From: an uncultured Christensenella sp.
Lineage (GTDB): Bacteria > Bacillota > Clostridia > Christensenellales > UBA1242
Direction of reading: 5' to 3'
Length of the DNA: 64,000 nucleotides
Assembly (NCBI GenBank): GCA_948466185.1
Contig: CAOJZM010000001.1
Location: 22,742 to 86,741 of the forward strand
Shown here: piece after piece, positions 1 to 9,553 of the stretch
Layout of the letters: each line of letters begins with the position of its first letter
How positions within the stretch are numbered: position 1 is the first letter of the stretch
Translations under genes and position numbers: made by a program
The notes under the pieces: generated by a model
What the model was told of the DNA's origin: nothing
The model's input: only the letters and a program-made list of their open reading frames with translations
Databases searched by the model: none

Positions 1-824
1 ATAAAGCTTGAATAATGATGGTTTGTATAATAATCATTGCTGTTTTGTAAATCCTCAAACAGAATAAAAGGGACCGTCAAAACAATCGGCGAATTGTCCA
101 CAATTATAGCAACCTTCCCTTCCAGAAGTTTTGACGCAACAATATCAGGCTTTTCTGCCATGCCCACCTGTCTGAACACGGAATTCTCATTTTCTTGCAA
201 AAATCCTACTAAATAATAACTATCAATTATGCCATCAATTTTTATTTCTTTAAGTCTTTCTTGCACTTTTTTAACAATTTTTTCATCAGTAATCCCATGA
301 ATATATGTAATCACAACTTTGGTATTTGAAAATTCACCAATTTTCATCTGTTTCATTACGAGTTTATTTGAAGCGATTCGACGGCGCATCAATGACATGT
401 TTGTTTTAATATCTTCAACAAAACCCTCTCGTGGTCCCATAATAACTGGAGATGTAGGCGGCTCTGAAGGAGTCCTTGTTGGATACTTCAACAAATCAAC
501 AGCTAGAGCTTTTTCTTCGCCATCAATAACTATAATGACTGAGCCGCTTATTATTTTATCCACAAATTCACTTTCGTCAACTTCTGTAATATCATTTGCC
601 TCCAAAATGTCTTCCTGTAAATGTTTTAATGTTAAGCTATATTTCGTGCTTGAAATTGGCTTAAAAATAGCTTCGGCAAAAAGTTGTCCATCCGTAATAC
701 TTTTAAGATAGATAAAGCCAAGGGTTGCCCCATCTTTCTTAAACAACCTACTTGTTATGTCACTGGTCTGATAAAACTCTTTCTTTACTTTCGATAATGT
801 TTTTTCAACATTTAAAAATGACAT
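1..824 (-). CDS. Spore germination protein, GerA (GerAA/GerKA) family, N-terminal part; CDS continues beyond the left edge of the window
   Basis: Absent from the ORF track because there is no stop in the window. My translation of the minus strand starts at ATG 824..822 behind a GGGGAAGG SD: MSFLNVEKTLSKVKKEFYQTSD...LLKYPTRTPSEPPTSPVIMGPREGFVEDIKTNMSLMRRRI...GKVAIIVDNSPIVLTVPF. This matches the conserved core of GerA-family A subunits. Confidence 0.8.
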   Translation of the reverse strand, partial: MSFLNVEKTLSKVKKEFYQTSDITSRLFKKDGATLGFIYLKSITDGQLFAEAIFKPISSTKYSLTLKHLQEDILEANDITEVDESEFVDKIISGSVIIVIDGEEKALAVDLLKYPTRTPSEPPTSPVIMGPREGFVEDIKTNMSLMRRRIASNKLVMKQMKIGEFSNTKVVITYIHGITDEKIVKKVQERLKEIKIDGIIDSYYLVGFLQENENSVFRQVGMAEKPDIVASKLLEGKVAIIVDNSPIVLTVPFILFEDLQNSNDYYTNHHYSSF

Positions 825-871
825 ACCTTCCCCTTTTTGAGTTAGTATGTCAAAAGCATTAAAATTTTATG

Positions 872-1768
872 CTATACTTGTTCGTTTATATATAAAATTT
901 TACCTGTATAAATGTTAAAATTGTCATGGCCTGCTGGACTTACTCCCAGTTGGTTTATTTCACCAGCAAAATTTATTAGAGAAATATCTAGGCTTATTTG
1001 ATAGACTTCCTCTGCAACTTTTTGACAAAGAAACTTACTTGCAAGATAACTTTTACCATTTATATATACGTTAATCATTTGTACTTTTTCTCTACCGAGA
1101 ATTGAAATAATATTACTTTCCTTGTTAAAACTTCCACTTATAAAAGGTTGTATTTCATGCTTGATTTGAACATGAACTTTGTTGGACTGAGCACTCGCTT
1201 TAACATATGGATTATTGCTATAAGCAACAACGAAGATATCATTTTCACCACCAACCAGTTGCCCAAGAGAGACCTCTTTACCTAATACTTTTGTACTGTT
1301 GGCACCATAATATAAAATATAATACGACGCATTATCCTCATCCGACCATAAAAGTCTATTTTCATTTCGTTCGTAGGTCAAAACTGGAGTTTCAAGGTAT
1401 TTATATGCCTGCCAATCCACCTGGTCACTATAAGCAGAATTATTCCCCTCAATTTCCCCTAGATAGCATACCGAAACGCTATATTTTTCGCCAGGGATAA
1501 TCCTTTCCTGACTGGTAAGGTCCACGTAATTTATTTTGCTGTCTATATATATTGAATTTCCCGCTTGGGAAACTTTAAAGCGGTAGCCTTTATAATCATT
1601 GTTAACAAGAGTTTTCGCATATACATGGCCCCCATCATCCACAATTTCCACAATTGGTGCCGCTTGGAGATTATAATTAACAATAAAAGCTGTGATACCG
1701 CCACCAAGCAGTAAAACACCAGCAAAACAAAATAAGACAATCAAAAACGTTTTATTGTTTTTTTTCAT
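872..1768 (-). CDS. Hypothetical membrane-anchored protein (N-terminal TM helix, beta-rich extracytoplasmic part)
   Basis: 298-aa ORF. MKKNNKTFLIVLFCFAGVLLLGGGITAFIV is a signal-anchor. No motif recognised. Lies immediately upstream of the gerA-family gene on the same strand. Confidence 0.6.
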   Translation of the reverse strand: MKKNNKTFLIVLFCFAGVLLLGGGITAFIVNYNLQAAPIVEIVDDGGHVYAKTLVNNDYKGYRFKVSQAGNSIYIDSKINYVDLTSQERIIPGEKYSVSVCYLGEIEGNNSAYSDQVDWQAYKYLETPVLTYERNENRLLWSDEDNASYYILYYGANSTKVLGKEVSLGQLVGGENDIFVVAYSNNPYVKASAQSNKVHVQIKHEIQPFISGSFNKESNIISILGREKVQMINVYINGKSYLASKFLCQKVAEEVYQISLDISLINFAGEINQLGVSPAGHDNFNIYTGKILYINEQV

Positions 1769-1887
1769 ATATAGGTAGTATATATTTTTTTACAAGTTTA
1801 AGTCAAACTATTTTAAATCAATATACTTGCATGAGAAAATTTGCATAAAATAAAACTTAATTAATTAAAATATATTTTGATTTAGAT

Positions 1888-1916
1888 ATTGACAAATTTA
1901 CCATTTCGTGATAGAC
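1888..1916 (+). promoter_or_regulatory. Putative sigma-A promoter for the 1942 gene
   Basis: TTGACA (1888-1893), 17-nt spacer ending TGa, then TAGACT (1911-1916). Confidence 0.4.
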
Positions 1917-1941
1917 TTATTGTAGATTTTAGGAGGATAGT

Positions 1942-2619
1942 ATGAGTTTAAATCAACTTTGTGATGTTCAATTAGGTTTTAAACAACTTTCATCAACTCA
2001 AATAGTGACATTTATTTTAGGAATTGTATTTTCATTGCTTGCTGTGGCAGCAATATTCACAGCTTTTAAATATGGCGGAAAAATTAAATCAAAAACAAAA
2101 ATTATTTTACTAACAATGGTTCTGCCTTTCATTGCAATTGCATCATGGCTTATCTTGATATTCTCATTTGTTGATGGCTTCAAACAAGATGACATCTTAA
2201 ATATCTTTGTATCAATTGCCCTTTCACTTGTTATCTGCTTTATGATATTAATGGTTGCATACGTGCTTTACAATAAACACAAAGCTAGTCTTGAAAAAGA
2301 AGAAGTTGCACAAGTAGAAGAAACTCAAGAACTGACACCTATGGAAGAAAATTCCACAGCAGATGAAGCAAATGAGACTTTTGAAGAAAGCGATGAAGAG
2401 GTTGAAATTATCGCTGAAGATGCTCAATTAGACCAAGAAGACACAATGGTTAGTGATGAGGATGTCAATGAAGCTTCAGTAGCAGAAGAAACAACTGTAG
2501 AAGAGAATGAATTAATCACAGATCATGAAGTCAAAGTCCCAACCGAAGATGGCGAAATCACAGAACAGCAGGTTGAAGAAAACACAGACGAAACAACTGA
2601 TGATGGTGACGATGAATAA
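1942..2619 (+). CDS. Hypothetical membrane protein with ~115-aa extremely acidic (E/D/T) C-terminal tail
   Basis: AGGAGG SD. Three hydrophobic helices are followed by an EKEEVAQVEETQELTPMEENSTADEANETFEESDEEVE...TDDGDDE tail. Confidence 0.6.
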   Translation: MSLNQLCDVQLGFKQLSSTQIVTFILGIVFSLLAVAAIFTAFKYGGKIKSKTKIILLTMVLPFIAIASWLILIFSFVDGFKQDDILNIFVSIALSLVICFMILMVAYVLYNKHKASLEKEEVAQVEETQELTPMEENSTADEANETFEESDEEVEIIAEDAQLDQEDTMVSDEDVNEASVAEETTVEENELITDHEVKVPTEDGEITEQQVEENTDETTDDGDDE

Positions 2620-2649
2620 AAAAAAGCGAGATTAATCCCGCTTTTTTTA
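2619..2649 (+). terminator. Rho-independent terminator
   Basis: aagcgaga-ttaa-tcccgctt stem (one mismatch) followed by a T run. Confidence 0.55.
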
Positions 2650-2804
2650 TTATACTCAATACAAGTTTATTTAATTTTATATTGAAAATGTAAAAGCATT
2701 TATATTAAATTTTTCTCGACAGTTTTTTCTCTTTGTTATCCAATTTATAATTATAAAATTCCTAATATACACTTGTATTTGCCTACTAAATTTATTTAAG
2801 TATA

Positions 2805-5234
2805 TTATTTTACAATTAAATTTACAAGTCTGTTTGGAACAACAATCTCTTTGACAACATATTTTCCAGCAATCGCACTTGCGACCTTTTCATCTTGTTT
2901 AACAAACTTCAATATTTCCTCATTTGTAATATTTGAATCAATTTTCATTCTTGTCACAAGCTTGCTGTTTATTTGCACAGCGATTTCAATTTCACTATAA
3001 GTTAATTTGTTTTCGTCGTATTTTGGCCAAGTTTGGTCTAAGATTTGTTCATCGAATACAATTTCATACATTTCACTTGTAATGTGAGGGGCAAGAGGAT
3101 TGAGAAGGATCAAAAACTGTCGCAGTTCCTCTTTGGTGATATAGCCATCTTCTCTTGTTTTTTTAATGAATATCATAAAGGCAGAAATGGCTGTATTAAG
3201 TTTCAAGTCCTCATAATCCTCTCCTACCTTTTTAATAAGCCTGTTAAGTTCAACTGCATGTTCTTTTGAAACACCATCCCCCTTAATAATTTCTTGCAAA
3301 TGCCAAACTTTATCAAGAAAAGCGGTTATACCATTTATTCCATCGTATGACCATGGGGTATTATCTTCATAGCCACCTAAGAAATGAACGTGAAGTCTTG
3401 TTGCATCTGTGCCATATTTATTAATAACCTCAAAAGGTGATACGCCATTCTTTGAACTTTTACTCATTTTTTTACCTTGGTCATCAAGGATAAGTCCACT
3501 GCCCATTTTGCGAACAAATGGGTCGCGTGTTGGCACTGCCCCTATTTCATAAAGGAAATTTTGCCAGAAGAATGCATAAAGAACGTGCCTTGTTATATGC
3601 TCCGTTCCGCCAGTATAGCAGTCTACACTACCCCAGTATTTGAGTTTATCAAAATCTGCAAGTTTTTCGCTATTGTGTGGATCGGTGTATCTCAACCAGT
3701 ACCAACTTGATCCCGCCCAGTTTGGCATGGTATCAGTTTCACGATGAGCATCACGCCCACATTTTGGACATTTGCAATCAACAAAGCTTTCCACCTTAGA
3801 TAAAGGAGAGTCTCCATTTTCATTTGGAAGGTAATCATTGGTGCGAGGAAGAAGAAGAGGTAAATCCTTTTCGTCCATAGGTACAGTTCCACAATGGTCA
3901 CAGAACACAATTGGGAATGGCTCTCCCCAATAGCGTTGACGATTGAAAGACCAGTCTTGCATTTGATAATTTATCTGCTTCTTACCAATCCCCATTTTAA
4001 CAAGCTTTTCAATCATTTTAGGCTTTGCCTCACTAACCTTCATTCCTGTAAATTCACCACTATTTAAAAGCTTGCTGTTCTTTGCCAGATATTCTGCTTT
4101 TTCAACTGCGTGGGAAGAGCAATCCCCTTCAATCACCTGTATCATTGGAATATTAAAAGCTTTGGCGATATCATAATCACGTTGGTCATGCGAAGGTACA
4201 GCCATAACCGCCCCAGTACCATAACCCGCAAGCACAAAATCTGCAAGATATAGAGGAACTTTATGATTGTTTACTGGGTTAATTGCATAAACGCCAGAAA
4301 GCAAGCAGCCCGTCTTGTCTTTTTGGTTAGATTTTCTTTCAAACTCACTACGCAGCGCAGTCTGCTTTTGATATTTCTTTACCTCATCAATATTTTTTAT
4401 ATAGGTTTGAAGTTTATCAACGAGTTTGCTTTCGGGAGCCAATGCCAAAAAGGTTATTCCATAAATTGTTTCAACACAGGTGGTAAAGATTTCCACCTGC
4501 CCTAAATCTTGACCACTTTCATTTTCAAGTTTAAGGGAAATTTGCATACCTTCACTCTTGCCAATCCAGTTTCGCTGTGCGTCCTTTAAATATTCTGCCA
4601 TTTCCACTCTATCCACGTTATCAAGCAGTTTTTCAGAATACTCCTTCATTTTCAGATACCAAACCCAGCGTTCTTTTTGAACAACGTCGCCGCCACATCT
4701 GTCGCACTTGCCACCTTGACTGTCCTCATTAGAAAGTGTTGTGTTGCAGTTTGGACAGAAGTTTACCACTCCGCGTTGCTTATATGCCTTTCCATGCTTA
4801 TATAATTGAAGAAATATCCATTGTGTCCATTTATAGTACTCCGGACTGCTTGTATCAATAACCCTATCCCAATCAAATGAAAGACCAAGCTTCTTAAGTT
4901 GGTCACTGAATTTTGCCATTCCTTCTTTAACAAACTCGTGCGGGTCAATTCCGGTTTTGATTGCTGCGTTTTCTGCAGGTAATCCAAACGCATCCCCGCC
5001 AATAGGGAATAACACATTATATCCATTAAGTCGTTTGTATCTTGCAAGTGCATCGGCAGGAATAGTACCCTTCAAATGCCCCATGTGAAGATTGCCCCCG
5101 CTTACATTTGGAAACTCATAAAGCACATAATATTTAGGCTTAGTAGGATGAAAATCTATCGCTTGAAAAGCTTTTTCCTCCACCCATTTTTTTTGCCATT
5201 TTGCTTCAACTTCTTTAAAATTATATTCTTTCAT
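2805..5234 (-). CDS. leuS: Leucine--tRNA ligase (bacterial type)
   Basis: HMGH (NLHMGHLKG) and KMSKS motifs, with Zn-finger CPNC...CDRC. Start moved to MKEYNFKEVEAKWQKKW (ATG 5234), which has a GGAG SD. The track start at 5270 has none. Confidence 0.95.
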   Translation of the reverse strand: MKEYNFKEVEAKWQKKWVEEKAFQAIDFHPTKPKYYVLYEFPNVSGGNLHMGHLKGTIPADALARYKRLNGYNVLFPIGGDAFGLPAENAAIKTGIDPHEFVKEGMAKFSDQLKKLGLSFDWDRVIDTSSPEYYKWTQWIFLQLYKHGKAYKQRGVVNFCPNCNTTLSNEDSQGGKCDRCGGDVVQKERWVWYLKMKEYSEKLLDNVDRVEMAEYLKDAQRNWIGKSEGMQISLKLENESGQDLGQVEIFTTCVETIYGITFLALAPESKLVDKLQTYIKNIDEVKKYQKQTALRSEFERKSNQKDKTGCLLSGVYAINPVNNHKVPLYLADFVLAGYGTGAVMAVPSHDQRDYDIAKAFNIPMIQVIEGDCSSHAVEKAEYLAKNSKLLNSGEFTGMKVSEAKPKMIEKLVKMGIGKKQINYQMQDWSFNRQRYWGEPFPIVFCDHCGTVPMDEKDLPLLLPRTNDYLPNENGDSPLSKVESFVDCKCPKCGRDAHRETDTMPNWAGSSWYWLRYTDPHNSEKLADFDKLKYWGSVDCYTGGTEHITRHVLYAFFWQNFLYEIGAVPTRDPFVRKMGSGLILDDQGKKMSKSSKNGVSPFEVINKYGTDATRLHVHFLGGYEDNTPWSYDGINGITAFLDKVWHLQEIIKGDGVSKEHAVELNRLIKKVGEDYEDLKLNTAISAFMIFIKKTREDGYITKEELRQFLILLNPLAPHITSEMYEIVFDEQILDQTWPKYDENKLTYSEIEIAVQINSKLVTRMKIDSNITNEEILKFVKQDEKVASAIAGKYVVKEIVVPNRLVNLIVK

Positions 5235-5349
5235 GCATAGTTCTCCATTAATTATGGTAAATAGTAACAAATATTCTCCTAAAAGTCAAATAAAACCATT
5301 CATTCTAAACGGCAACAATAAAGTAATAAAAAAGGATGACTTTACATCA

Positions 5350-6771
5350 TCACTTTTTAATCAAATCATAACCGTCTTTAGTATCCTTAATATCATAACC
5401 TAGGCAGGAAAGTTTCTCACGAATTTCATCGGCTTTAACAAAGTCTTTATTTTTTTTCGCCTGCCAACGCGCCTTGGCAAGAGCCTTCACCTCTTCGCTG
5501 ATAACCTCTTCCGCATTTTCTTTTTCTGCGGCAAACTTCAAACCCATTATGTCATATACAACTTTATTAATTATATATAAAAGTTCTTGAGCTTTTTCCT
5601 TATTTTCCTCCTTAACATAACCACTGCCAACCTTAACAAGTTTCAAAACCTCAGCAAGAAGCACTGGCGTGTTAAAGTCGTCATCCATAGCTTCAAGGCA
5701 TGCTTTATAAATGTCGGCAAGGTCGCCAGTTGGATTTCTTTCTTCTTTTGCAAGTCTTTCCACGCTCAAAACAAACTCACCTATTTTATTAAGTTGTTTC
5801 TGCGCGGAAGAGATTGCCTCATCACTAAAATCAATTACACTTCTATAGTGAAATTGTAGCACAAAAAATCTTATTGTAATCGGACCATATTTTGTGAATA
5901 AGCCACTTAGCGTCATTGAATTTCCAAGAGATTTTCCCATCTTAGTACCGTTGACAGTAACAAGATTATTATGAAGAAAATAGTTCATAGGCACATCACC
6001 AGTAAGCACATCACCTTGAGCACATTCGCATTCATGGTGAGGGAAAAGATTATCTATGCCGCCGCCATGTATGTCAAACTTTTCTCCAAGGAACTTTCTT
6101 CCCAGTACGCTACATTCAATATGCCAACCGGGGCATCCCCAACCCCAAGGACTTTGCCATTTCATAAGTGTATTTTCACTTACTGCTTTCCAAAGAGCAA
6201 AATCCTCAGCATGACGTTTATCGGATGCAATTTCGATACGTTCACCACTGACATTACCGTCCAGCCTTCTGTTTGAAAGTTGACCATACTTATGGTACTT
6301 ATGCACATCAAAATACACATTGCCCTCTTTTGTGACATAGCCATAACCTTTATCAATAATTTCTTTGACAGCCTCAATTATATCAATAATAAAGCCAGTA
6401 GCACGTGCAGAAATGCTTGGGCGAAGGATATTGAGTGCATCCATCGCATCAAAATATTCACATTCATATTTATAAGCAATTTGATATGGATCAAGTTTTT
6501 CAAGTTTTGCTTGGCGAGATATTTTATCTTCTCCTTCATCGCCGTCACCAACAAGATGTCCAACATCTGTGATATTTTGGACATATTTAACTTTATATCC
6601 AAGGAAATTGAAATATCTATGAATTATATCAAAAGCTATGTAACTTTTTGCGTGGCCAAGATGTGGCGGCCCGTACACAGTGGGCCCGCAAACATACATT
6701 CCCACATGACCATCAACCACCGGCTTAAATTCCTCTTTACGTCTTGTTTTGGTGTTATAAACTTTTAACAT
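5350..6771 (-). CDS. cysS: Cysteine--tRNA ligase
   Basis: HLGHAKSY and KMGKSLGN class-I motifs. N-terminus MLKVYNTKTRRKEEFKP is typical of CysRS, and the third-codon ATG has better SD spacing (AAGGA-6 nt). Ends TGA TGA. Confidence 0.93.
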   Translation of the reverse strand: MLKVYNTKTRRKEEFKPVVDGHVGMYVCGPTVYGPPHLGHAKSYIAFDIIHRYFNFLGYKVKYVQNITDVGHLVGDGDEGEDKISRQAKLEKLDPYQIAYKYECEYFDAMDALNILRPSISARATGFIIDIIEAVKEIIDKGYGYVTKEGNVYFDVHKYHKYGQLSNRRLDGNVSGERIEIASDKRHAEDFALWKAVSENTLMKWQSPWGWGCPGWHIECSVLGRKFLGEKFDIHGGGIDNLFPHHECECAQGDVLTGDVPMNYFLHNNLVTVNGTKMGKSLGNSMTLSGLFTKYGPITIRFFVLQFHYRSVIDFSDEAISSAQKQLNKIGEFVLSVERLAKEERNPTGDLADIYKACLEAMDDDFNTPVLLAEVLKLVKVGSGYVKEENKEKAQELLYIINKVVYDIMGLKFAAEKENAEEVISEEVKALAKARWQAKKNKDFVKADEIREKLSCLGYDIKDTKDGYDLIKK

Positions 6772-6845
6772 TATCATTCCTTTAAATATTTTATATGATT
6801 ATTTCGTGTTTCTAGTGTTTTTAATTGTAAATCAACATTTTTTAC

Positions 6846-7229
6846 CTAAATTTTTTTGTTAAGAAAATCGAGAAGCACATCTAACGCCCTGTCAACTTCA
6901 GGATTGCTTGCTCCCAAAACGCCCTCGATATCTTTCTCATAGACAGCAAGTTCACGTTTCCCTTTTTCCGTCATGTGAAGCACCCTGCAGCGTCTATCAA
7001 TCTCAGCGGGTGCAATTTCAATCAGCCCTTCAGATTCAAGTTCGCTGCTCATAAGTGCAAAATTTGATTTTTTTATACCAATCTTTTCAATTATCATACT
7101 CACGGAAAGATTTTCATACATAGATGCAAAAAATAAAATTTTCAGTTTCAAAAGACTGAGATTTTTATGCTTTTTTATTAAATTTTCAGCCAATGCTTCG
7201 ATTTCTAATAATTTTCTTGCTCTTTCCAT
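6846..7229 (-). CDS. MarR-family transcriptional regulator
   Basis: 127 aa with a winged-HTH pattern (...MIIEKIGIKKSNFALMSSELESEGLIEIAPAEIDRRCRVLHMTEKGK). First gene of an apparent marR-cysS-leuS string. Confidence 0.8.
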   Translation of the reverse strand: MERARKLLEIEALAENLIKKHKNLSLLKLKILFFASMYENLSVSMIIEKIGIKKSNFALMSSELESEGLIEIAPAEIDRRCRVLHMTEKGKRELAVYEKDIEGVLGASNPEVDRALDVLLDFLNKKI

Positions 7230-7234
7230 AGTTT

Positions 7235-7280
7235 ATCTTACGCTCTAAGATAGTATATATAAAAAAATAAATTGTTGCAA
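7235..7280 (-). promoter_or_regulatory. Putative promoter plus operator palindrome of the marR-cysS-leuS unit
   Basis: Minus strand reads TTGCAA (7280-7275), 17 nt, TATACT (7257-7252). It is followed directly by the perfect inverted repeat ATCTTA-gagcg-TAAGAT (7251-7235). Confidence 0.45.
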
Positions 7281-7326
7281 GCGTTTTTACTTGATTTTTG
7301 CCTTTTAAAAAGATTAAAATAGATTT

Positions 7327-9552
7327 ATGCGAATAGAAGGTATAATTGAAGAAGTCATTTATCGCAATGAACAAAATGGTTACACAGTTATGATTGTCGA
7401 TCAATCAAACACTATGGTAACTGCTGTCGGCAAGATGATTTCCACCAATATAGGAGAAAATATCGCGTTGGAAGGCGAATTTACGCAGAGTAAATATGGC
7501 TTCCAATTCTCTTTCTCATCCTATGAAATTATTATGCCAACCAGCCTGAAAGGGATAGAACGGTACCTGTCTTCCGGACTTATCAAAGGTGTGGGGCCAA
7601 TCACCGCAAGGAATATCGTTCAACATTTTAAGGAACAAACTTTTGACATCATTGAAATGTCCCCAACCTCCCTAGCCGAAGTCAAAAATATAAGCTTGAA
7701 GAAAGCCCTCGATATTGGTGAAAAGTTTAAAGAGCTAAAAAAGCTCCAAAATTCTGTGATGTTTTTGCAAAAATACAATATCACCACAAATATGGCAATG
7801 AAAATATATGAGATTTATGGAGACCGTACTGTTGACACAGTCAAAAACAATCCATATCGCTTGGTTGAAGACGTAACAGGAATAGGATTCTTAACGGCTG
7901 ACCGCATCGCTGAAAACATTGGCATTCCGCAAAATAGCGAATTTCGGGTAAGAGCCGGCTTACTTCATGCCTTAAACACGGCAATTGAAAAAACAGGAAA
8001 CACCTTCCTGCCTAAAAACATGCTTATCAATTCTGCAGTCGGAATCCTAAACTTAAATTATGAAGAGAATCAAGATTTATATACCAAAGCGATAGATGGA
8101 CTTCTTCTTGACAAAACTTGCAAAGTTATGTGGCATAACAATATTGAGATAATCATGCTCAGTCAATATTATTTTTATGAAAATGCGGTGGCACAAAAAC
8201 TTTGCCTGTTGAATCAATCCGTGGTAAACCAAAAACTTGACCTTACCGATGAAATAAAGCACTTTGAAGAAAAATATAATATCGTTTTTCATGAAGAGCA
8301 AAAAAATGCGATTATCAACTCCATAAATAATGGCGTTTCGGTTATTACCGGAGGACCGGGCACAGGTAAAACAACAATAATCAAATGTATTATTGAAATT
8401 TTGGCTCAAAATAAAAAAAGGTTCATGCTGCTTGCCCCAACAGGTCGTGCCTCGAAAAGACTGTCAGACAGCACCGATAACGAAGCTAAAACCATTCATC
8501 GTGCACTTGAAGTGGGACAAGGAAGCACCTCACGTTTTGTTCATAATGAAAACAATCCTCTTGAAACTGACGTTGTAATTGTGGATGAAGTGTCCATGGT
8601 GGATGTCGCACTGATGAACCACCTATGCAAAGCCCTGCCGCGTGATTGTAAACTGATATTAGTTGGAGACAAAGACCAACTTCCAAGCGTTGGTGCCGGT
8701 GACGTGCTTGGAGACATACTTGAAAGTGGAAAAATTATCGTCTCCATGCTGACAAAGATATATCGTCAGTCAGACGACAGTTTAATAATTACAAATGCCC
8801 ACCTGATTAATTCGGGGAAAATGCCACTTATCGATAACTCTTCAAAGGATTTCTTTTTTGAAGAAAAGTCGGATTTATCATTAGTAAAAAATTCAATTGT
8901 CGATATGATAACCTCAAGGCTACCTAAATTTACAGGCCTTCCAGCCTCTCAAATTCAGATACTTGCCCCTTTAAAAGCCGGCGTTTGTGGAATAGACAAC
9001 CTCAATCGCACCCTGCAGGAGAAATTAAACCCTCCAAGCATCAAGAAACAGGAAATTGTTGTCGGACAAACCATTTACCGCGAAGGCGACAAAGTTATGC
9101 AAACAGCAAACAATTACAACCTTATTTGGCATAAATTGAACGGGTTTATAGAAGAGGAAGGTGAAGGCGTTTATAATGGCGATATTGGATATATTGATAC
9201 GATTGACTTTCAAACAAATGAAGTAAAGATTATATTTGAAGATGGCCGAGTTTGTGTATACCCAAGGACGGATATCGGTCAGCTCTCCCTTGCCTATGCA
9301 ATCACCATCCATAAAAGCCAAGGTTCTGAGTTTGATATCGTGGTTATTCCAGTCATCTCTGGCCCAAGCATGATTCTCACACGCAATCTTATATATACAG
9401 CCGTAACTCGTGCGAAAAAAATGGTTGTGCTTGTTGGCGAAAAACATAATTTAAAAAGAATGGTATCAAACAATTACACTGTTCAACGCTTCACACTTTT
9501 AAAAGACCTGCTTATTGCCACCGATGAAAAAATAAAAGATCTATTTAATTAA
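7327..9552 (+). CDS. recD2: ATP-dependent RecD-like DNA helicase (RecD2/YrrC type)
   Basis: 741 aa. Walker A GGPGTGKTT, DEVSMVD, HhH region, C-terminal SH3-like region and helicase motifs (AITIHKSQGSEF, YTAVTRAK). Confidence 0.9.
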   Translation: MRIEGIIEEVIYRNEQNGYTVMIVDQSNTMVTAVGKMISTNIGENIALEGEFTQSKYGFQFSFSSYEIIMPTSLKGIERYLSSGLIKGVGPITARNIVQHFKEQTFDIIEMSPTSLAEVKNISLKKALDIGEKFKELKKLQNSVMFLQKYNITTNMAMKIYEIYGDRTVDTVKNNPYRLVEDVTGIGFLTADRIAENIGIPQNSEFRVRAGLLHALNTAIEKTGNTFLPKNMLINSAVGILNLNYEENQDLYTKAIDGLLLDKTCKVMWHNNIEIIMLSQYYFYENAVAQKLCLLNQSVVNQKLDLTDEIKHFEEKYNIVFHEEQKNAIINSINNGVSVITGGPGTGKTTIIKCIIEILAQNKKRFMLLAPTGRASKRLSDSTDNEAKTIHRALEVGQGSTSRFVHNENNPLETDVVIVDEVSMVDVALMNHLCKALPRDCKLILVGDKDQLPSVGAGDVLGDILESGKIIVSMLTKIYRQSDDSLIITNAHLINSGKMPLIDNSSKDFFFEEKSDLSLVKNSIVDMITSRLPKFTGLPASQIQILAPLKAGVCGIDNLNRTLQEKLNPPSIKKQEIVVGQTIYREGDKVMQTANNYNLIWHKLNGFIEEEGEGVYNGDIGYIDTIDFQTNEVKIIFEDGRVCVYPRTDIGQLSLAYAITIHKSQGSEFDIVVIPVISGPSMILTRNLIYTAVTRAKKMVVLVGEKHNLKRMVSNNYTVQRFTLLKDLLIATDEKIKDLFN

Positions 9553-9553
9553 T

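Noticed and set aside
319-711. 130-aa plus-strand ORF from the track
   Set aside because: It lies antisense inside the well-supported GerA-family CDS (1-824, minus). It has no SD and a low-complexity translation.
5347-5352. Possibility of an alternative genetic code (UGA reassignment), because prfB is absent after secA
   Set aside because: cysS terminates at TGA followed by a second in-frame TGA at the position expected from CysRS length. Conserved proteins show no internal TGA. Standard code 11 fits.
5235-6845. T-box leaders or other riboswitches upstream of leuS, cysS (and argS at 39359-39383)
   Set aside because: The intergenic gaps are 115, 68 and 25 nt, too short for a T-box. No specifier or T-box sequence was seen.
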